DNA of 64,000 nt from Vicinamibacteria bacterium (GTDB lineage: Bacteria > Acidobacteriota > Vicinamibacteria > Marinacidobacterales > Marinacidobacteraceae). Position 1 is the first letter of the stretch. Every line of letters begins with the position of its first letter. Of this stretch, positions 58,457 to 64,000 are shown in pieces. Location: assembly GCA_963422395.1 (NCBI GenBank), contig OY729431.1:1504001-1568000 (forward strand). Direction: 5' to 3'. Made by a program: the position numbers and the translations under genes. The notes under the pieces were generated by a model. It saw only the letters and a list, made by a program, of their open reading frames with translations, was not told the DNA's origin and ran no database searches.

Positions 58457-59716
58457 ATGGATTTCGAGATCGCCCACGGGAAGCGCCGACGCCGCGTACG
58501 GCGGCTCTGGTTCCTCGGCGGGGGTGCGGGTGCGGTCGGCCTGATCGCGGTGCTGCTCGGGCGGATCGCTCCGGCCGTCCCCGAGGTGCACCGTGCGGTC
58601 GTCTGGAGCGGAGTCGTCGAGCGCGGAGAGATGGTCCGTGAGGTTCGGGGGCCGGGCAGCCTGCAGGTGCCGCCCGAGGAAATCCGCTGGCTGGCCGCGG
58701 AGACCGGCGGACGGGTGGAGGAGCGCCGGGTATTGCCGGGGACGCCGGTGGAGGCGGATACCGTGCTGCTGCTGTTGTCGAATCCGGAACTGGAGCAGCA
58801 GACTCGGGAGGCGGAACTCCAGCTGCGCGCCCACGAGGCGGAACTCCGGAAGCTGGATCGTCAGGCCGAGGCCGATCTCCTGGAGCAGCAGAGTGCGGCA
58901 GAACAGCTCGCCGCCGCCGCGGCGAAGGCCCGCCGGCGCGCCGAGGCGGACCGGAAACTGCTCGACGCCGGGCTCATCGGAGAGCTGATCCACCGCCGGA
59001 GCGCGGGGCAGTCCGAGGAACTCGAAATCCGCTATGCGCTGGAAGAGGAACGACTCGCCATCCTCGCCGACTCCGCCGCCGCGCAGTTCACCTCCAAGGA
59101 AGCCACCGTGGCCCGCTACCGGGCGGTGTTCGACCTCAGAGCGCGTCAGCTCGCCGCCCTGGAAGTACGTGCTGGAGGACGGGGCATCCTGCTCGAACTG
59201 GCGGTGGAGGTGGGACAGGAGGTGACGCCGGGCCAGAATCTGGCGCGCGTCGCCGACCCTCGGGAACTGAGCGCGGTGCTGCGGGTGGCCGAAACCCAGG
59301 CCAGCGATGTCGCTCCCGGCCAGCGCGCCCTCGTGGACACCCGCAATGGGGTGGTTCCGGGGGTGGTGACCCGGGTGGACCCCGCAGTGCGCGAGGGATC
59401 GGTGGCGGTGGACATCCGGCTCGAAGGCGAACTGCCTGCCGGGGCGCGGCCCGAGCTCTCGGTGGAGGGCAGGATCCAACTGGAACGCATCGTGGACACC
59501 CTCCATATGGGCCGCCCGGCCTACGGGCAGCCCGGCAGTACCGTCGGCCTGTTCCGGATCGCCGCCGACGGCGAGAGCGCGGTGCGCGTCCCGGTCCGGC
59601 TCGGACGCGGTTCGGTGAACCGCATCGAGGTACTCGACGGCCTCGCCGAAGGCGACGAGATCATCCTCTCCGACACTTCCGCATGGGACGCTTGGGACCG
59701 CATTCGCATCCGCTAG
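58457..59716 (+). CDS. Efflux periplasmic adaptor subunit (HlyD/MacA family)
   Basis: N-terminal TM, VERGEMVREVRGPG, coiled coil, VTRVDP, EVLDGLAEGDEII. Confidence 0.88.
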   Translation: MDFEIAHGKRRRRVRRLWFLGGGAGAVGLIAVLLGRIAPAVPEVHRAVVWSGVVERGEMVREVRGPGSLQVPPEEIRWLAAETGGRVEERRVLPGTPVEADTVLLLLSNPELEQQTREAELQLRAHEAELRKLDRQAEADLLEQQSAAEQLAAAAAKARRRAEADRKLLDAGLIGELIHRRSAGQSEELEIRYALEEERLAILADSAAAQFTSKEATVARYRAVFDLRARQLAALEVRAGGRGILLELAVEVGQEVTPGQNLARVADPRELSAVLRVAETQASDVAPGQRALVDTRNGVVPGVVTRVDPAVREGSVAVDIRLEGELPAGARPELSVEGRIQLERIVDTLHMGRPAYGQPGSTVGLFRIAADGESAVRVPVRLGRGSVNRIEVLDGLAEGDEIILSDTSAWDAWDRIRIR

Positions 59717-59717
59717 G

Positions 59718-60189
59718 TGTGCAAGCTCACCAGGTTGTTGAGGGGGAAGTCGAGGGCCTGGATGGGGGGTCGGTGATGGAGGCTGGTGTGAGGCCGGTGC
59801 CAGTTGTATCGGTGGAGCCAGGCGGGCAGTTGGGCGGCGCGCTGTTCGGAGCTCTGGTAGGTGTGTGCGTAGGCCCATTCTCTGAGAACGGTTTGGATGA
59901 AGCGCTCGGCTTTTCCGTTGGTTCGGGGGGTGAATGGACGGGTGTAGAGGTGTCGGATGCTTGCCTGTTCGCATCGTTGGTTGAAGAGGCGGGAGCGGTA
60001 GCAGCCGCCATCGTCGGTGAGGAGGCGTTGCACGGGGATAGCGAGGCGATGGAAGAAGGCGAGGGCGTCGGTGAGGAAGGCGGCGGCGCTACGGGCGGAT
60101 TCGTCGGGGAGGATTTTGGAGAAAGCGAGGCGGGAGTGGTCGTCGTCTCGGGCATCGGGCTCGCGTGAACAACCTACCGCAAGGTCATG
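59718..60189 (-). mobile_element. Internally deleted IS481-family element
   Basis: rve fragment DDHSRLA..LTDDG..TRPFTPRTNGKAERF..YNWHRPH..NNLVSLHT. Starts TGT. 6-bp duplication GCTAGG at 59712-59717 and 60190-60195. Confidence 0.88.
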
Positions 60190-60269
60190 GCTAGGAGGCT
60201 GCGCCGCAGGTAAAGAACGACCCCCACTGCTGTTAGTCTGCGGCCCGGAAAAACCGGGAGGAGCTTCCC

Positions 60270-61124
60270 ATGAGACGGATCGGCGCATCGCTCGCGCTTC
60301 TCGTCTGGATGCCGTCGGTCGCCCTCGGGACCTGGTCGGTGATCGCCGTGGATCGGAATTCGGGACAAGTCATCATCGCCTCCGCCACCTGCGTTCGACA
60401 GTCGAGATTCCCTCCTCGGCCGGCGAGAGATCTGATGGATGTACAGGCGGTGATCGTGCCGGGAGCGGGAGTAGCCGCCTGTCAGGCAGGCGTCGACGAC
60501 ACCCGCGCCAATCAAAATCTCGTTTACGAGGAGCTCCGGAAGGGGACCGACCCGAAGCGGATCATCGAGCTGTTGCGCGAGCAGGAGAACCGAAAAGACG
60601 AATCGATGATGGAGCGTCGTCAGTTCGGCATCCTCGATCTGCAGGGGCGCAGCGCCGGCTTCAACGGGGAGGAGAACAGCCCCGCTTCCCTCTACCGGTC
60701 GGGGCAAGTGGGCGAAGACATCTTCTTTCAGGTCCAGGGGAACATCCTGTTCAGCGACGGTGTCGCGCAAGACGCAGCGCTCGCGTTCACGAAGACCGAC
60801 GGAACCCTGGCCGACCGGGTGATGGCCGCCATGGAAGCGGCCGACGAAGCCGGCGGCGACCGCCGATGCACCTGTGAAGAAGAGCCCCGACCGGCTGCTC
60901 CATGCTCTGGAAAGACTTCGCATGTGGCCTACATCGCCATCGCCGACCGGGACGACCCGACGGGACGGTCGCACAACGACGGTGACTACTACGCTTACCT
61001 CAGCGTGACCGATGAGGACATCCAGCCGCACGAGAACGCCAACCCGGTCATCACGCTTCGGCTTCGCTACGACGACTGGAAGAACGCCGGAAGCAGCAGG
61101 ACCGGCGTGCCGGCGTCGCGGTGA
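60270..61124 (+). CDS. DUF1028 domain protein (Ntn-hydrolase-like), secreted
   Basis: Signal peptide followed by TWSVIAVD, RQFGILD, QGNIL, AGGDRRC. Confidence 0.85.
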   Translation: MRRIGASLALLVWMPSVALGTWSVIAVDRNSGQVIIASATCVRQSRFPPRPARDLMDVQAVIVPGAGVAACQAGVDDTRANQNLVYEELRKGTDPKRIIELLREQENRKDESMMERRQFGILDLQGRSAGFNGEENSPASLYRSGQVGEDIFFQVQGNILFSDGVAQDAALAFTKTDGTLADRVMAAMEAADEAGGDRRCTCEEEPRPAAPCSGKTSHVAYIAIADRDDPTGRSHNDGDYYAYLSVTDEDIQPHENANPVITLRLRYDDWKNAGSSRTGVPASR

Positions 61125-61169
61125 TCCCGAAGTGATCGCCGCGCCGCCGAGTGCGCCCCCGGGGAGGAG

Positions 61170-63782
61170 TTACGCCGCTCGGGGCGCGAGGAGGCGATGC
61201 AGCCGCTTGCCGAGGCGGGTCCAGAGCCAGGGGGTGCGGCGGACCGAGAGGTCGAGTACATAGGCGATCAGCGCCAGCAGCGCCAGCAGCGGCCAGAGTG
61301 CGCGGGAGCGGATCACCCGGTCGCCGCCCGCAGCGAGCACCTGCGCCGGCGTCGGGGCGAGGACTCCACCGGTCTCGGCGGCGAGGGCGGCGAGGGCCTC
61401 CTCATCGGCGGGGAGGAAGCGATATTCGTCGGGATAGCTCAGGTGGATGGCCCGTTCGAGATCCGCGCCTCCGGCGAGGTCTTCGGGCAGCGAGGCACCG
61501 AGGATGCGGAAACGGGCGGCGTCCCCCGGCCGCAGGTCCAGCGGCACTTCCGCTTCGAAACGGCCCGGGCCGGTCTGGCGGACCGCAGTGCGTCCGACGA
61601 GGCCGGCGTAGCGGATCTCCAGTTCGGGGACGACGCCCACCGGGAAGGTCCCGTCCTCCCGGATCAGGGAGAGCTGGACATCCGCCGCATCGCCCCGCCG
61701 GGCGACATCGAAATCGAGTTCGGCCCCCTGCCCCCGCCGCATGGCGTCCCGGACCACCTGGGTCCAGAACTTGCCGTAACCGTCCCACCCCACCCAATCG
61801 GCGGCCCAGCGGTTCTTGCAGTCCGAGGTGAACATGGACGCCCGGCCGAGCCCGTACTGCCAGCGGGCGAGAAGCGGCTCCTCGTCGGGGCCTTCGAGGA
61901 GCACCTCGGCGGTGTCCTTCGCCATCGTGGCCACGAAGCCCTTCAGCTCGGGGGCGCGGTCGAAGTCCAGCCCGTCGAGCACCCGCGCCTGCTGGCGCAC
62001 CACCGGACGGAAAGGTTCCTCGACGAGGGTGGCGTCGAGGGCGATCTGCGTCTCCTCGACGAAGATCTGCTGGACCCGCGCCGCGTCGCGGATGAAGTAG
62101 CTCCGCCCATCGCCCCAGTCGGCGATGTCCGAGAGCAGCTCGCGGTCCGCCTCCTCACCCACCGCGACCGTCGAGATCGTGATCTCGTCCTCCTTCATCC
62201 GGGTGACCAGCTCCTGATAGTCGTCGGGATAGGTCTTCCCGTCGGAGAGGAGGATCACATGCTTCACCTTGGAAGGGCTTTCGTCGAGCTGTTCGTAGGC
62301 GCGGTCGAGCGCCGGGTAGATGTTCGTCTGAGCGCTCGCCTGGATGCGGCTGATCCCCTCCTCGATCCAGTCCCGGTCGACCACCAGCTGCAGCGGGATC
62401 GTGGTGTAGGGATTCCAGTCGAAGGTGACCACCCCGAAGCGATGGGTGTCCTCCAGCAGGTCCAGCGCCGCCTTGGTCGCCTCCTTGGCGAGAGCGATCT
62501 TGCGCCCGTACATGCTGTAGGACTTGTCGAGCACGATCACCAGGGAGAGGTCCTTCCACTTCTCCTTGATCTGGAAGTCGACCGGCAGCGCCTCTTCGAG
62601 GATCGAATCCGAGTACCCGTTCTCGCCATAACTGGATTCGCCGGCGGCGAAGACCAGCCCGCCGCCGGCGTCCCGCACATAACGGGCGATCTGTTCCATG
62701 GACGACTCGGAGAGCCGTTCCGGCGGCACATCGCTCAGCACCACCGCATCCCAGGCGGTGAGATCGAGACTCGGCAGCGCCGCGACCGGCGCGGTGTTCA
62801 CCGAGACTCCTTCGGACTCGAGCGCGTTTTGCAGATAGCGGGAGCTCTCGGGCTCCCCCTCGACATAGAGGACCTTCGCCGCTTCGCCGACGGGCGCTTC
62901 GATCGCCCGCCGATCGTTGACCTCGAGACCGTCGCCGGGAACCCGGATCTCGGCCTCGAGGACGGTCATGCCGGCCTCTTCGAGGCGCACCGGCACCGGA
63001 ACGGTCGAAGATCCGGGCGGAAGCTCGACTTCGACCGCCGCGAGCGCCTCCCCGCCGGCGAGGATGCGGACCTCCGCGGGGCCGCCGGCCGAGGAAAATA
63101 CTTCGACTTCGATGCCGGTCATCTCGCCGGCCCGCGGCGCCGGCGGAAGGTGGACGGCGTTCACGAAGCCGCCGCCGTCGCTCCGCACCGTCGAAGGCGC
63201 CGGAAAAACGCGCACTCCTCCCTCCTTGAGTAGCGAAAGGGCAGCCGCGGTGTCGCCTTCGGTCTCCCGGCCGTCGCTGAACAGCACGAGCCGTTTCAGC
63301 CGGTCGGGAGGAAAGAGGGCGGCGGCGTGCCGGAGCGCCGCTTCGATGTTCGTGCGGCCCTGATCGAGCGCCCCTGCGGGCGGAGCAGTCCGGCCCGCCG
63401 CACCGCTGTCGAACACCTGCACTCCCATCAGCCCGTCGGCACCCGCCGTCGAGACCGCCCGATCGGCGAAGGCCACGAAGTGTGCGTTCCCGGCGCCGAG
63501 TCCGCTTCCCGTTTCCCGCGCCCAGGCGACCGCCTGCTCCACCGAGCGCGATGCAACGCTTCGCGACACATCCACCACGAAGGCCACCGAGACCTCGCGG
63601 GACCCGGCGCGGACCACCGGACGGCAGAGCGCGAAGAGAAGGAGTCCCGCCGCCGCGAGCCGCAGGACGAGCGACGCCCGGAGCCTGGCCTTCGCCCAAC
63701 GGAGGTCGGAACGGCGGGCGGCGAGCAGGATCACCCCGAGGAGGGGAACGAGCACGAGAGGCCAGAGGGCGTCGAGAGTCAT
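61170..63782 (-). CDS. Membrane protein with two vWA domains and a GATase-like domain
   Basis: DVSRSV and DKSYSM MIDAS motifs, FSDG/LLSDG, GGGLVFAAG, WQYGLGR, C-terminal TM. Confidence 0.88.
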   Translation of the reverse strand: MTLDALWPLVLVPLLGVILLAARRSDLRWAKARLRASLVLRLAAAGLLLFALCRPVVRAGSREVSVAFVVDVSRSVASRSVEQAVAWARETGSGLGAGNAHFVAFADRAVSTAGADGLMGVQVFDSGAAGRTAPPAGALDQGRTNIEAALRHAAALFPPDRLKRLVLFSDGRETEGDTAAALSLLKEGGVRVFPAPSTVRSDGGGFVNAVHLPPAPRAGEMTGIEVEVFSSAGGPAEVRILAGGEALAAVEVELPPGSSTVPVPVRLEEAGMTVLEAEIRVPGDGLEVNDRRAIEAPVGEAAKVLYVEGEPESSRYLQNALESEGVSVNTAPVAALPSLDLTAWDAVVLSDVPPERLSESSMEQIARYVRDAGGGLVFAAGESSYGENGYSDSILEEALPVDFQIKEKWKDLSLVIVLDKSYSMYGRKIALAKEATKAALDLLEDTHRFGVVTFDWNPYTTIPLQLVVDRDWIEEGISRIQASAQTNIYPALDRAYEQLDESPSKVKHVILLSDGKTYPDDYQELVTRMKEDEITISTVAVGEEADRELLSDIADWGDGRSYFIRDAARVQQIFVEETQIALDATLVEEPFRPVVRQQARVLDGLDFDRAPELKGFVATMAKDTAEVLLEGPDEEPLLARWQYGLGRASMFTSDCKNRWAADWVGWDGYGKFWTQVVRDAMRRGQGAELDFDVARRGDAADVQLSLIREDGTFPVGVVPELEIRYAGLVGRTAVRQTGPGRFEAEVPLDLRPGDAARFRILGASLPEDLAGGADLERAIHLSYPDEYRFLPADEEALAALAAETGGVLAPTPAQVLAAGGDRVIRSRALWPLLALLALIAYVLDLSVRRTPWLWTRLGKRLHRLLAPRAA

Positions 63783-63931
63783 CGCGGTACCGGTTTCGGG
63801 CGCGAATCCTATGGGAGCCGGGCGGTCGTTGCCGGAGGCTGCTAATTTCGCACCGAACCGCCGCGCTCCCCGCGGCCTGGTCGAGGAGTCCGGTGATGCG
63901 TCTTTCGTCTTCTATTTCGTTTCCGTTCGCA

Positions 63932-64000
63932 GCAGCCGGTGGACGAAGTCACACGGCCAAAGGCCGGCGATGCCCAGTGGACCGATCTCGGTGCTCGCGC
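63932..64000 (+). mobile_element. MITE-family copy C (internally deleted, truncated by the window end)
   Basis: GCAGCCGGTGGACGAAGTCACACGGCCAAAGGCCGGCGATGCCCAGT matches copy A. It is followed by TCTCGGTGCTCGCGC, which matches the far end of copy B. Confidence 0.78.

Noticed and set aside
1-64000. CRISPR arrays, tRNA/rRNA genes, prophage or defence genes
   Set aside because: No regularly spaced repeats, RNA gene signatures or phage/defence hallmark proteins were seen by eye.

Overview
GC-rich bacterial chromosomal window, probably Acidobacteriota. That assignment is inferred from the acidobacterial-type VWA protein, the pilin and the MoxR/DUF4159 locus; a host-associated lifestyle is possible but unproven. 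About 45 genes are present, and no rRNA, tRNA or CRISPR array was seen. Main blocks, in order: (1) 1-9191, a minus-strand run of Tat-exported glycosylasparaginase, small secreted protein, CxxC-bearing GT4, EhpF/GriC-like adenylating enzyme, GriD/LuxC-like reductase lacking the ALDH catalytic Glu, and a LolD/FtsX-type ABC exporter. This is a candidate undescribed activate-reduce-glycosylate-export pathway. (2) PLP dehydratase, gamma-glutamyltransferase, two tandem Spondin_N lipoproteins and a TrkA-USP fusion. (3) Zn metalloprotease, Sfp PPTase and hflKC, with probable CTG starts. (4) A 15-kb MoxR/DUF58/BatA/vWA locus with two DUF4159 paralogues, a TPR-gluzincin and a caspase-fold protein. (5) Di-heme peroxidase, VWA protein and YitJ-type methionine enzyme. 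(6) A pilT-pilC-pilin-ABC-pilD cluster lacking pilB. (7) tatA, cyclodeaminase, nnr and tsaE. (8) An internally deleted IS1182/IS5-like element that separates tsaE from an in-frame degenerate sulfatase. (9) TPAT transporter, orphan adaptor, deleted IS481 with intact target duplication, DUF1028 and a vWA-GATase gene. A family of miniature inverted-repeat elements (4 copies) shares ends with the IS remnant and carries a hairpin core with a compensatory base-pair change. Several genes look leaderless. Many start codons were re-placed by hand relative to the ORF track.
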